Assembly (NCBI GenBank): GCA_052437175.1
Contig: JBQVOK010000001.1
Location: forward strand, 628,226 to 692,225
Length of the DNA stretch: 64,000 nt
Source: Flavobacteriales bacterium
GTDB lineage: Bacteria; Bacteroidota; Bacteroidia; CAIKAF01
Direction of reading: 5' to 3'
Shown here: positions 1 to 9,311 of the stretch, piece after piece
How positions within the stretch are numbered: position 1 is the stretch's first letter
Layout of the letters: every line of letters starts with the position of its first letter
Translations under genes and position numbers: made by a program
Notes under the pieces: model-generated
The model's database searches: none
What the model was told of the DNA's origin: nothing
The model's input: the letters and a program-made list of their open reading frames with translations, nothing else

Positions 1-2
1 GA

Positions 3-1031
3 TTAAACTACATTCACTTCCCGTTCCAGCTCCACGCCAAAGCGCTGCTGTACATCGTGCAGGATGCGTTCGCTGAGTTGCCAGATCTGGTCCCCGGAAG
101 CCTGGCCGTAATTTACGAGTACCAGGGCCTGTAGCTTGTGCACACCGGCATCGCCTTCGCGGAAGCCTTTCCAGCCGCTTTTTTCAATAAGCCAGCCGGC
201 CGGTATTTTTATCGTGCCCGGTTCGGTACCCGGGAAAGAGGGCATATCCGGATGTTCGTTTTTGATACGTTCGTATTCCGATACAGGAACAGACGGGTTC
301 TTGAAAAAACTGCCGGCATTCCCGATCTGTGCCGGGTCGGGCAGTTTGGAGCTGCGTATATTAATCACGGCCTTACTGATGCTTTGTACATCCGGTTCGG
401 CCTGCATTTTTTCGAGTTCCTGGGCAATGGCGCCGTAAGCGGTATGAAAAACAGAAGGATCTTTTTGCAAACGCAGGGTCACACTCCCGATCACGTATTC
501 GCCTTTATGTACGTTTTTGAATACCGAGTTGCGGTAACCGAACTTACAATCGTCCGCCGAAAAAGTATGCCATTCGCCGGTAGGGATATGGCAGGCTTCC
601 AGTTCCTGGAAAATATCTTTCAGTTCCACGCCGTAAGCCCCGATGTTCTGCATAGGGCCGGCTCCGGCCGTTCCGGGGATCAGGGACAGGTTCTCCATGC
701 CGCCCAGGTTGCGCTCTACGGCCCAGAGCACCCACTGGTGCCAGATCACACCGGCCCCGGCACGCACCCACACCTGTTGTGTATCTTCGCGTACGATCTC
801 TATGCCGTCTATGGTATTATGTGCCGTAAGTCCGTCCCAGTTGCGGGTGAACAGGATATTGCTGCCGCCGCCCAGGATAAGCAGGGGCAGTTTTTGTTCG
901 CGTACATAGGCCAGGGTCTCCGCCAGTTCCGCTGCCGTGGAAAAACGGCAGAATTCCCGGCTCCGGGCTTCGATCCCAAAGGTGTTGAGCCGGCGCAGTG
1001 AATGATTTTTTTCCGTGATCATTGTTGGCAA
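3..1031 (-). CDS. murB: UDP-N-acetylenolpyruvoylglucosamine reductase (MurB)
   Basis: 342-aa ORF. It has an FAD-binding N-terminal region (LPLLILGGGSNILF) and MurB C-terminal motifs (KFGYRNSVFK, GNAGSFFKNP, IPAGWLIE). An alternative start MITEKN lies at 1022. Confidence 0.95.
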   Translation of the reverse strand: MPTMITEKNHSLRRLNTFGIEARSREFCRFSTAAELAETLAYVREQKLPLLILGGGSNILFTRNWDGLTAHNTIDGIEIVREDTQQVWVRAGAGVIWHQWVLWAVERNLGGMENLSLIPGTAGAGPMQNIGAYGVELKDIFQELEACHIPTGEWHTFSADDCKFGYRNSVFKNVHKGEYVIGSVTLRLQKDPSVFHTAYGAIAQELEKMQAEPDVQSISKAVINIRSSKLPDPAQIGNAGSFFKNPSVPVSEYERIKNEHPDMPSFPGTEPGTIKIPAGWLIEKSGWKGFREGDAGVHKLQALVLVNYGQASGDQIWQLSERILHDVQQRFGVELEREVNVV

Positions 1032-1088
1032 AATTCCTCAAAAAAATCGGCTTGCATGGTAAACAAAGCTATTTTTGTACACAGAACT

Positions 1089-2213
1089 ATGTCAACAGGA
1101 AGCAAAAGCATCATCGTGCCCGTGATCAACGATCTCTGTACCGATCAGCGGGTATTGCGGCTCTGCGCCTGGTGGCATAAACGCGGGTATGCCGTTACCC
1201 TGTACGGCCGTCTGCTGCCGGGCAGTCTGCCTATGAACGATCTGCCTTACCGCATTGTGCGTAAAAAGCACTTTTTTAATACGGGCATGTTGTTCTATGC
1301 AGAATACTCCATCCGCTTAAGTATCTTTTTGTTACAGAACAAAAGCAGCTGGATATGGAGCAATGACCTGGATACCCTGCCGGCCTCGGCCCTGGCCAAA
1401 CGCCTTGCGCCCGGCAGAAAACTGGTGTACGATTCACACGAACTCTTTACCGAAGTGCCCGAACTGCAGCACAATGCCTTTGCACGCAAGGTCTGGCTTT
1501 TTTTTGAACAGTGGTGTATACCTGCCGTGGATTATGCATTCACCGTAAATAAAAGCATTGCAGATATCTATACGAAAAAGTACGGCAAACCCTTCCGTAT
1601 CCTGCGCAATATGCCTTACCGCCTGAAGGATAAACCGGCCGCCACCCGCAATGATCTCGGGCTGCCTGCGGAAAAAAAGATCATCCTGCTGCAGGGGAGT
1701 GGCATCAATGTACAGCGTGGTGCCGAAGAGGCCGTGGAAGCCATGAAGTACCTGCAGACCGATGCGCTGCTCCTCATCATCGGCAGCGGGGACGTGATCC
1801 CGCAGCTGAAAAATTATGTTGTGAAAAACGAACTACAGGATAAAGTGTGGTTCCTGCCCCGCAAACCCTTTTCCGAACTGCTGAAATATACCGTGAACGC
1901 GGACATAGGCCTCAGCCTCGATAAGGACACCAATCTTAACTACCGCTATTCGCTGCCCAATAAGATATTCGATTATATTCAGGCCGGTATTCCCGTACTG
2001 GTCTCCGACCTGCCGGAGTTACGGCGTATCGTAACGGAATACAGGGTAGGAGAGGTCTTACAGGCGCACAGTCCCCGGCAGCTGGCCGCGCAGCTCGATG
2101 GCATGCTGGCTTCGCCCGGCAGGCTGGACGAATGGCGCAGGAACGCGGAAGCCGCTGCCCGCATACTCTGCCGCGAAGAAGAAGAAAAAGTACTGGAATC
2201 ATTACCTTTGTAA
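1089..2213 (+). CDS. Glycosyltransferase, GT-B fold (family 1/4-like)
   Basis: The ORF opens at 1002, but ATG 1089 (MSTGSKSIIVPV) avoids overlap with the murB 5' end. The C-terminal half has a typical GT4 layout (IILLQGSGINVQRGAEEAVEAM; PNKIFDYIQAGIPVLVSDLPELRRIV). Confidence 0.8.
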   Translation: MSTGSKSIIVPVINDLCTDQRVLRLCAWWHKRGYAVTLYGRLLPGSLPMNDLPYRIVRKKHFFNTGMLFYAEYSIRLSIFLLQNKSSWIWSNDLDTLPASALAKRLAPGRKLVYDSHELFTEVPELQHNAFARKVWLFFEQWCIPAVDYAFTVNKSIADIYTKKYGKPFRILRNMPYRLKDKPAATRNDLGLPAEKKIILLQGSGINVQRGAEEAVEAMKYLQTDALLLIIGSGDVIPQLKNYVVKNELQDKVWFLPRKPFSELLKYTVNADIGLSLDKDTNLNYRYSLPNKIFDYIQAGIPVLVSDLPELRRIVTEYRVGEVLQAHSPRQLAAQLDGMLASPGRLDEWRRNAEAAARILCREEEEKVLESLPL

Positions 2214-3392
2214 ATGAAAGAACGCATGACACAGACGATCGTATTATTTGATGAGCCCGAGACCCGCGCACAGCTGCTGCCGCTGACGTTTACCCGTCCG
2301 GTGGGCGATATCCGCACGGGCATATATACCCAGGCCCAGCGCTGGAAACGTATTTCAGGATGTGACGTTTATTTTGAAACACAGGAATATTTACGCAACA
2401 AGTTTAAACCTTTTGAAGGCAGCGATGTCTTATCTGTAGACGGAGCCGTTGTAGCCACACAGGAGCTGTGGGACCCTATAAGCAAGCTGCAGCAGGGGGA
2501 GGCCCTGTACAGCGGGGATAAATGCATCGCTTTGTGTGGTGTTACGGAAAACGTACGTGTGGAGTATACCGGAGCACTGCTGGAGATCCGCCGGCCCTGG
2601 GACATTTTTTCCAAAGCGGCCGAAGTGCTCGATATCGACTACAACCTGGCCGTGAACGGCCGCCGTTCCGGTCCCCTGCCGGAAAGCAACACCCTGATCG
2701 GTCCGCCCGAGAACCTCTTTATCGAGGACGGGGCCGTTATCGAGGGGGCCATCATCAATGTGAGCAAGGGCCCGGTTTTCATAGACCGGGATGCCGAGAT
2801 CATGGAAGGCAGCATGGTGCGCGGTCCTTTTTACCTGGGCGAACACAGCCAGCTGAAGATGGGCGCCAAAATTTACGGGGCCTGTGCATTCGGCCCGCAT
2901 GTAAAAGTGGGCGGCGAAGTGAACAACTCCGTTATCTTCGGTTACAGCAGCAAGGCCCACGACGGTTTCCTGGGCAACAGCGTACTGGGCGAATGGTGCA
3001 ACCTGGGAGCCGATACCAATAACAGCAACCTCAAGAATAACTACGCACAGGTAAAACTGTGGAGTTATGTAAAAGAAGGCTTTGTAAATACGGGACTGCA
3101 GTTTTGCGGGCTCATCATGGCCGATCACAGCAAATGCGGTATCAATACCATGTTCAATACGGGTACCGTGGTTGGGGTAAGTGCCAATATTTTTGGGGCG
3201 GGATTCCCCAGAAACTTCTTACCTTCGTTCTCCTGGGGCGGTCCCCAGGGCATGCAGGAATACCAGGTGAAACAGGCTGTACAGACGGCTGAGCTGGTAT
3301 TTGCACGCAGGGGCATGGTTTTTGATGATACAGAAAAAGAGCTGTTCGCCGAAATTTTTGCGCAGACAGCCCGATACAGAACCGGATTATAA
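2214..3392 (+). CDS. GlmU-like putative sugar nucleotidyltransferase with hexapeptide left-handed beta-helix
   Basis: 392 aa. The start codon directly abuts the upstream stop (2213/2214). Hexapeptide-repeat region: GAKIYGACAFGPHVKVGGEVNNSVIFGYSSKAHDGFLGNSVLGEWCNLGADT. Confidence 0.7.
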   Translation: MKERMTQTIVLFDEPETRAQLLPLTFTRPVGDIRTGIYTQAQRWKRISGCDVYFETQEYLRNKFKPFEGSDVLSVDGAVVATQELWDPISKLQQGEALYSGDKCIALCGVTENVRVEYTGALLEIRRPWDIFSKAAEVLDIDYNLAVNGRRSGPLPESNTLIGPPENLFIEDGAVIEGAIINVSKGPVFIDRDAEIMEGSMVRGPFYLGEHSQLKMGAKIYGACAFGPHVKVGGEVNNSVIFGYSSKAHDGFLGNSVLGEWCNLGADTNNSNLKNNYAQVKLWSYVKEGFVNTGLQFCGLIMADHSKCGINTMFNTGTVVGVSANIFGAGFPRNFLPSFSWGGPQGMQEYQVKQAVQTAELVFARRGMVFDDTEKELFAEIFAQTARYRTGL

Positions 3393-3397
3393 AACAG

Positions 3398-3910
3398 ATG
3401 ATTAATATGAAAAAGTGGATCATTATCTGGAGCCTGGCCCTGCTGGGAGTACAACAGGCAAACGCACAGCACACGGAGTCGATTCCGTTCGAATCCATCC
3501 TGCAGAAGATCTCTGCCGAAAAAGGAATTGTAGTACTGAATCTCTGGGCTACCTGGTGTAAGCCCTGTGTAACCGAACTGCCGCACTTTCAGAAATTACA
3601 GGACAGCCTTGCCGGGGCTAATTTCCAGGTATGGCTGGGCAGCGCCGACCTTTCGGCACAGGTTAAGAACGTAGCGCCTTTCCTGGCCGGCAGGGAACTT
3701 ACCATGAAATCGTTCCATATTTCCGATGCGGGCGATTCCAACTGGATCAACAAGGCCGATCCTTCCTTCAGCGGAGCCATACCGGCCACACTGGTGTATA
3801 AGGACGGCGTAAAAGTAGGCTTTCATGAAGGTGCCTTCAACGAAGAAGAACTGTTTGCCTTTATTGCACAATTCCGCGGCGAACACCACGATCCTAAAAA
3901 TCACAAATAA
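3398..3910 (+). CDS. TlpA-like thiol:disulfide oxidoreductase (thioredoxin fold)
   Basis: 170 aa with signal peptide (MKKWIIIWSLALLGVQQANA; alternative ATG at 3407) and CxxC motif WATWCKPC. Confidence 0.8.
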   Translation: MINMKKWIIIWSLALLGVQQANAQHTESIPFESILQKISAEKGIVVLNLWATWCKPCVTELPHFQKLQDSLAGANFQVWLGSADLSAQVKNVAPFLAGRELTMKSFHISDAGDSNWINKADPSFSGAIPATLVYKDGVKVGFHEGAFNEEELFAFIAQFRGEHHDPKNHK

Positions 3911-3936
3911 ACGTCACTAATTACAAAATAAAATAA

Positions 3937-4536
3937 ATGAAAACTGTATTCACCGTACTGATGATGAGCCTGGGACTGAGTGCCCTGGCACAGGGTTACA
4001 AAATAGGCGACAAGGTTAAGGATTTTACCCTGAAGAACGTAGACGGCAACATGATCAGCCTGGAAACAGGCCGTGAGGCCAAAGGCGCTATCGTGGTATT
4101 CACCTGCAACCACTGTCCCTTTGCCCAGGCATACGAACAGCGTATCATCGAACTGAACGCCAAATACGCGCCGCTCGGTTATCCCGTTATCGCCATCAAT
4201 CCCAACGATCCGGTGGCCGTGCCGGAAGACAGCTATGGCGAAATGCAGACACGCGCCGCCGAAAAAGGCTATGCATTTCCGTACCTGATCGACGAAACAC
4301 AGGAAGTGGCCAAAGCCTTCGGCGCTACACGCACGCCGCATACTTTCGTACTTCAGCTCGATAAAGGCAAATACGTGGTAAAATACATCGGTGCCATCGA
4401 TAACAATACCGAAAGTGCCGAAAAAGCCACGGAGAAATACGTAGAAAAAGCCGTAGATGCCCTGCTGAATGGTAAAAAGGTAGAAACGACCGAGGTAAAG
4501 GCCATCGGCTGCACCATCAAATGGAAAAAAAGTTAG
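3937..4536 (+). CDS. Thioredoxin-fold redoxin / AhpC-TSA-like protein
   Basis: 199 aa with signal peptide MKTVFTVLMMSLGLSALAQ and redox motif VVFTCNHCPFAQ. Confidence 0.8.
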   Translation: MKTVFTVLMMSLGLSALAQGYKIGDKVKDFTLKNVDGNMISLETGREAKGAIVVFTCNHCPFAQAYEQRIIELNAKYAPLGYPVIAINPNDPVAVPEDSYGEMQTRAAEKGYAFPYLIDETQEVAKAFGATRTPHTFVLQLDKGKYVVKYIGAIDNNTESAEKATEKYVEKAVDALLNGKKVETTEVKAIGCTIKWKKS

Positions 4537-4593
4537 TTAAACGATGCTAAAAGATCGATACTAACAGAAAAGCGTTGAAATATTCAGAGAAAG

Positions 4594-4620
4594 AGCTCCG
4601 TTACACAACGGAGCTTTTTT
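4594..4620 (+). terminator. Rho-independent terminator after the redoxin gene
   Basis: Perfect 9-bp stem AGCTCCGTT / AACGGAGCT with loop ACAC, followed by a T-run. Confidence 0.6.
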
Positions 4621-4633
4621 CATTTTTACACTG

Positions 4634-5992
4634 ATGAAATCTGTAAAAAAACATATTTTACCCGTATTTGTACTCCTGCTTTTGTTTGTGGGACTGAGTT
4701 TCTGGGCGCTGATCGGCGTGGCACAGAAAAGTACCAGTTCGCTCAAAAAGGAAAAAACTTCGCTGGAGAGCAAAAAGAAATACCTGGCCAAAGAGATCGA
4801 AAAGGCCGCTAAGGAACTGAATTCGACCGCACAGAAGCAGAAAAAGACCTTAAAATACATCGACCAGCTTTCTACCAAGATCCAGTTCCGCGAAGAACTG
4901 GTGGAGACTTACCGCGGCGAAGTTTCTATACTGGAACAGGAGATCAGCGGCAACCTAAAACGCAAAAAAACGCTGGAAGAACAGGAAGCCGAACTGATGA
5001 AGCTGTACGGCCGTATGGTATATTTTGCATATAAAAATCGCAATTCCGACGATAAATTCCTGTATGTACTGGCCTCCGACGATATGAATGAGGCCTTTTC
5101 CCGGGCTTCGTACTTCAAGCGCCTGGCTTCCTTCCGCCGGGCACAGCTCGAACAGATCAAAAGTACGCAACTGGCGATCAGTACGGTGATCCAGACCCTG
5201 GATTCGAATAAACAGCAGAAAGTGAACGTACTGCAGGCTGAAGAACAGCAGAAGACCAAACTGGAGAACGAAAAACAGGACCAGCAGAAACTGGCTCAGC
5301 AGCTCAAAGGCAAAGAAAGTGAGATCCGTAAAAAGATCAGCCGCAAGGAAACGGAACGCCAGCAGCTCGAGAACAAGATCCAGGACATTGTACGTAAGCT
5401 GATCGAAGAAGAGCGTAAAAAAGCAGAGGCTGCCGCTAAGAAAAAAGCTGCCGCCGCCGCAAAACCGGCAGCTTCGGGTTCTTCCTCAGCGGGTACGGGC
5501 AGTAAACCGGCCGCGTCCTCTTCGTCTTCGAAACCCGCGGCAGAGGTAAATATGACGGTAACGCCCGAAACGCGTATGAAAAGTGCTTCTTTTGAAGGGA
5601 ATAGGGGAAATATGCCCTGGCCGGTGGAAAAAGGCGCCATCACCGGACGTTTCGGCGTGCAGCCGCATCCTTACCTGAAAAACGTAACGGTAAAGAACGA
5701 CGGTGTGGACATTACGGCACCCGCCGGAGCTTCGGCCCGCGCCATATTCGACGGAGAAGTGAGCGGTATTTTTGCGGTGGACGGCTACGGCAAGGTCGTG
5801 ATCCTGCGCCACGGCGAATACTACACTGTATACTCCAACCTGAGTGAAGTTAGTGTTAAGAAAGATACCAAAGTGAGCGCCAAACAGAAAATAGGCGCTA
5901 TTATGACCGCCGAAAACGGCAAAAGTGTAATAAATTTCCAGATACGGAAAGGTAGTGTTACACTCAATCCATCGCTCTGGCTGGCTTACTGA
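4634..5992 (+). CDS. EnvC-like murein hydrolase activator (coiled coil + degenerate M23/LytM domain)
   Basis: 452 aa with a signal/TM segment, a long Lys/Glu/Gln coiled coil and an Ala/Ser linker. The C-terminal LytM fold has its catalytic His positions replaced: NDGVDI for HxGxD, YSNLS for YxHL, INFQIR for HLHFE. Confidence 0.85.
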   Translation: MKSVKKHILPVFVLLLLFVGLSFWALIGVAQKSTSSLKKEKTSLESKKKYLAKEIEKAAKELNSTAQKQKKTLKYIDQLSTKIQFREELVETYRGEVSILEQEISGNLKRKKTLEEQEAELMKLYGRMVYFAYKNRNSDDKFLYVLASDDMNEAFSRASYFKRLASFRRAQLEQIKSTQLAISTVIQTLDSNKQQKVNVLQAEEQQKTKLENEKQDQQKLAQQLKGKESEIRKKISRKETERQQLENKIQDIVRKLIEEERKKAEAAAKKKAAAAAKPAASGSSSAGTGSKPAASSSSSKPAAEVNMTVTPETRMKSASFEGNRGNMPWPVEKGAITGRFGVQPHPYLKNVTVKNDGVDITAPAGASARAIFDGEVSGIFAVDGYGKVVILRHGEYYTVYSNLSEVSVKKDTKVSAKQKIGAIMTAENGKSVINFQIRKGSVTLNPSLWLAY

Positions 5993-6141
5993 TAAAGGCT
6001 TTGAGCAGTTTCTTCATGATCCTTTCCCGCAGGAAAGATGTGTACTTTTGATGGCAGAAGGATACAATGCGTGCACATTTTTCACGTTTGTACTTTCATT
6101 TTATACCTTTGCAATAACAGGACTCACAGAATACAAAGATC

Positions 6142-8058
6142 ATGTCAGAAAACGTAAACAACGAAGCGCTGGAACCCAGGGAGCCCGTTCTGCCTGCCAC
6201 CGTGCAGAAAGAGAGCGAAGAGGATACCATTGAAGTATCTTTCGGTCACGAAGACGAACACGCTCTGATCCAGTCGCCGGTAGCCGGTCACGAAGAGGAA
6301 GAAGAGCATGCCGATGAGGAATTCCATGCCGAAAAACTGGATTTCCAGGAACTTTTCGAGGCGTTCAAACGCATGATCTCCGATGGTTCTATCCTGAAAT
6401 CCCGCAAAAATTTCAAGAATATCCGCAGCCGTTTCCAGGAACTGATCCACGACCGCGAACACGCCGCACTGGAACAATTCCTGGCAGAAGGGGGCGAAAA
6501 GGACGATTTCGGCTTCCAGCTGTCCCGCGAGGAAAAAGAATTTAAGGAAAAACTCCGCGATACCGAAGATCATTTCAGCGATGTAAAACGCCGCCGTGAA
6601 CAGGAACAGACGGAAAACTACCTCAAAAAGCAGGACGTGATCCAGGAACTGAAGAACCTGATCAGTAACGAGCAGAACATCGGCCTGGTGCAGGATAAAT
6701 TCCGCGAGCTGCAAGAACGCTGGAACCACATCGGTCCGGTGCCGCAGAGCAAAGCAGACGATATCTGGAAAACCTACCGTTTTCATGTAGATAACTATTA
6801 CCAGGCGCTCAGCATACACCGCGATCTGTTCAAGGTAGAGCTGCAGAAGAACCTGGCCGAAAAAGAACGTATCGTAAAAGGCGTGGAGAGCCTTCTGAAA
6901 CTGGAGTCGATCAAAAAATCGCTCGAGTTCCTGCAATCGTACCACAAACAATGGCGCGAGATCGGGCCTATTCCCAAAGCCAAAAGCGAAGACCTGTGGC
7001 AGCGCTTTAAACAGGCTACCGAAGCCGTATACAAACGCCGCGACGAGTTCTTTGATAAGCTGAATGAACAGCGCAAGCAGAACCTCGAGTCTAAAACACA
7101 GCTGGTGCACGAACTGGAAGAATGGGCAGAGAAGGAATTCCCGTCCATGAAAGATTTTAACGAGGCACAGAAAGCCCTGGACAAGATCGAACAACAGTGG
7201 AAAGCCATAGGCCGTGTGCCCGAAAATGTGAGCGACGCCATCTGGGAACGTTTCCGGGAGGCCCGCCGCCGCCTGGTGGGTAAACGTCAGTCGCTCTGGA
7301 GCGAACTCAAGAACAACTGGAACGCCAACCTCGAAAAGAAAATGAAACTGGTGGAAAAGGCCGAGGAACTGGCTCAGAGCACCGACTGGAAAAATACTCC
7401 CGCCCGCTTTAAATCCTTACAGGAAGACTGGAAAAAGATCGGTGCTGTACAGCGTGAGAAGAGCGATGAGGTATGGAACCGTTTCCGTGCTGCCGCCGAC
7501 GCTTTCTTTAATGCCAAAGAAGAGCACCAGAAAAATGTGCCGAACCAGGAACTGGAAAACCTGGAGAAGAAAAAGGCCGTTCTGGAACAGATAAAGGCTT
7601 ACGAACATACCGAAGACCTGCAGGAAAGCTTCCGGGCCATGGAAGAGTTCCGAAATGCCTATAAAGCCATCGGTTTTGTGCCCTTCAAGGAGAAACAGCA
7701 TATCGAAAAAGCGTTCGAGGATGCTTCCAACGAGTTCTTTGCGAAGATCAACGTAGACCCGGCCGAAAAGGAAAAGATCATCTACAAGGGAATGATCGAT
7801 ACCATGCTGGCTTCGGCCAACCCCTACGACGCGCTGAAGAACGAACGCACCCAGCTGCGTACCCGCATTGAAAAACTGCGGCAGGAAGTATCCCAGCTCG
7901 AAAGTAATCTTACCTTCTTCGGCAACAGTAAAAATGCCGATGCCCTTAAAAAACCGTACGAAGAAAAGATCGAAAGGAACAAGCAGATGCTCACTGACCT
8001 GGATATGAAACTGATCCAGGTACGTGTCGCCATCCGGCCGTTCGAAGAGAAAAAATAA
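6142..8058 (+). CDS. DUF349 domain-containing protein
   Basis: 638 aa with an acidic N-terminus. There are five DUF349-type repeats of the form xW(K/R)xIG(P/A)VP...(D/E)xxWxRF(R/K), e.g. RWNHIGPVPQSKADDIWKTYR, QWREIGPIPKAKSEDLWQRFK, QWKAIGRVPENVSDAIWERFR. Confidence 0.8.
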   Translation: MSENVNNEALEPREPVLPATVQKESEEDTIEVSFGHEDEHALIQSPVAGHEEEEEHADEEFHAEKLDFQELFEAFKRMISDGSILKSRKNFKNIRSRFQELIHDREHAALEQFLAEGGEKDDFGFQLSREEKEFKEKLRDTEDHFSDVKRRREQEQTENYLKKQDVIQELKNLISNEQNIGLVQDKFRELQERWNHIGPVPQSKADDIWKTYRFHVDNYYQALSIHRDLFKVELQKNLAEKERIVKGVESLLKLESIKKSLEFLQSYHKQWREIGPIPKAKSEDLWQRFKQATEAVYKRRDEFFDKLNEQRKQNLESKTQLVHELEEWAEKEFPSMKDFNEAQKALDKIEQQWKAIGRVPENVSDAIWERFREARRRLVGKRQSLWSELKNNWNANLEKKMKLVEKAEELAQSTDWKNTPARFKSLQEDWKKIGAVQREKSDEVWNRFRAAADAFFNAKEEHQKNVPNQELENLEKKKAVLEQIKAYEHTEDLQESFRAMEEFRNAYKAIGFVPFKEKQHIEKAFEDASNEFFAKINVDPAEKEKIIYKGMIDTMLASANPYDALKNERTQLRTRIEKLRQEVSQLESNLTFFGNSKNADALKKPYEEKIERNKQMLTDLDMKLIQVRVAIRPFEEKK

Positions 8059-8065
8059 CAAAAAG

Positions 8066-8091
8066 AGCCTCGCAGAAGCGGGGCTTTTTTT
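8066..8091. terminator. Bidirectional Rho-independent terminator between convergent DUF349 and Fic genes
   Basis: Stem AGCCTCGC / GCGGGGCT (8 bp, one G-U) with loop AGAA. A T-run follows on the + strand and an A-run precedes it, which is a T-run on the - strand. Confidence 0.6.
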
Positions 8092-8098
8092 ATGTCTT

Positions 8099-8695
8099 TC
8101 AGGAGCGGGCAAAGCGGAGCAGGGGGCCTATATCGCCTGCATCAGCGGCTCTCAGGGCCTGCAGGTACGTACTTCGGGCAATACCCTTCCGGGCCAGGTT
8201 TCCGCGGCCCCAGCTGAATGCCGGCTGTCCGCGGAGTTTGCTGGTAATGATATCGGCCAGCAAACGGCTGTGCCTGCCGTTCCCGTTACAGAAACAATGT
8301 ATGCTCACCAGGCGGTGTTTAAAACGCAACGCGGCTTCATCCGGACTGTATACCTGCATCTGCTGCCAGTACAGGGCATCGTCGAGCAGGCATTTCAGTG
8401 CGCCGGGTATCTGCCAGCGCTTAATGCCCAGGTTCTTCTCACTTTGCCTGAACTCCCCGGCCCAGCTCCATACATTACCGAACATCTGCCGGTGCACACG
8501 GCGTATAAAGGCTTCGCTGAATACCTCTGCCGGCCGGAAAGAACGCTTCAGGGACCAGAGCATGGCCTCCTCGATGTTCTGCTGTTCAAACTCGTCCAGC
8601 TCGGCATGCGTTTGTATGCCCGGAATACGTAAACCCTCTGCCTCGCTTTCGTCCAGCGGTGTTTGTCCGGGAAGGTATACAAAGCTTAATCCCAC
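8099..8695 (-). CDS. Fic/DOC family protein ('mobile mystery protein B' type)
   Basis: 198 aa. The Fic active-site motif is HCFCNGNGRHSRLLAD, matching HxFx(D/E)GNGRxxR but with Asn at the acidic position. It overlaps the upstream HTH gene by 10 nt. Confidence 0.85.
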   Translation of the reverse strand: MGLSFVYLPGQTPLDESEAEGLRIPGIQTHAELDEFEQQNIEEAMLWSLKRSFRPAEVFSEAFIRRVHRQMFGNVWSWAGEFRQSEKNLGIKRWQIPGALKCLLDDALYWQQMQVYSPDEAALRFKHRLVSIHCFCNGNGRHSRLLADIITSKLRGQPAFSWGRGNLARKGIARSTYLQALRAADAGDIGPLLRFARS

Positions 8696-9144
8696 AGTAT
8701 TTTAGGCATTTCGTTTTTGAGCAGGATGGTACGTTCTTCGATGGCTTTGCGGATGCGCTGTTCGGAATTTTCCTGGCCTTCGAGCATCATGGTATGGGAA
8801 CTGCGCAATACAATTTCGGTAGCCAGTTCGCGGGCTTTTTGCTCAATAAGGGCATCCAGGGAACCGCCGTTGGGCACAAAGCCATATACCAGCTGCATAT
8901 CCAGGGCCCGGGCAGTTTCACGCAGGGAACGCAGGGTAATGCTGCCTTCCTGTTCACGTTTTTCAATGTCCTGTACGCTCTGCTTACTGATGGACAGTTT
9001 GCGGCCCAGCTGCTGCATAGACATGCCCAGGGCCGAACGTATGCTGCGTACCCAGCCCGAAGCCGGCACCGCAGAGGGCTGAACCGATGCGAACGATACC
9101 ATTTTGCTGTTCAGCTGCTGTATCTGTAAATTTTTGCGTGACAT
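8686..9144 (-). CDS. XRE-family HTH protein ('mobile mystery protein A' type)
   Basis: 152 aa. HTH region: IRSALGMSMQQLGRKLSISKQSVQDIEKREQEGSITLRSLRETARAL. It lies immediately upstream of the Fic gene and overlaps it. Confidence 0.85.
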   Translation of the reverse strand: MSRKNLQIQQLNSKMVSFASVQPSAVPASGWVRSIRSALGMSMQQLGRKLSISKQSVQDIEKREQEGSITLRSLRETARALDMQLVYGFVPNGGSLDALIEQKARELATEIVLRSSHTMMLEGQENSEQRIRKAIEERTILLKNEMPKILWD

Positions 9145-9164
9145 AACTCTTGTATTTTCTCCCC

Positions 9165-9172
9165 CAAAAGTA
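9165..9172 (-). promoter_or_regulatory. Candidate Bacteroidota -7 promoter box (TACTTTTG) for the XRE/Fic pair
   Basis: The reverse complement of CAAAAGTA matches TAnnTTTG. It lies 21-28 nt upstream of the ATG at 9144. Confidence 0.35.
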
Positions 9173-9180
9173 CGACTATT

Positions 9181-9258
9181 ATTTGACTTTTAAAATACAT
9201 TTGTCATATAATAACTTTACTTTTAATCGTAAAAAGTCAAATTATATTATGACTTTTT
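9181..9258 (-). promoter_or_regulatory. Operator-like repeats in the AT-rich leader of the XRE/Fic module
   Basis: Perfect 11-bp inverted repeat ATTTGACTTTT (9181-9191) / AAAAGTCAAAT (9232-9242), plus a third direct copy TGACTTTTT (9250-9258). Confidence 0.35.
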
Positions 9259-9311
9259 GTGTTTTTGGAATGTATCATTCCCGGCGACACTGCTTTGAAA
9301 AGAATTGAAGA

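Noticed and set aside
6145-7194. 349-aa minus-strand ORF, and similar long antisense ORFs at 9495-11048, 18934-19980, 22746-23873, 36792-37988, 40354-41763, 52071-53519 and 61444-62493.
   Set aside because: Each lies fully inside a sense gene that has strong family motifs: DUF349, PorU-like, TPR, guaA, catalase, E1, POT and permease. None has an independent signal. I treat them as shadow ORFs.
8650-8690. N-terminal DESEAEG in the Fic protein as a possible (S/T)xxxE(G/N) auto-inhibitory motif.
   Set aside because: The spacing is wrong: Ser is three residues, not four, before the Glu-Gly. The segment looks like a conserved family N-terminus rather than the inhibitory helix.
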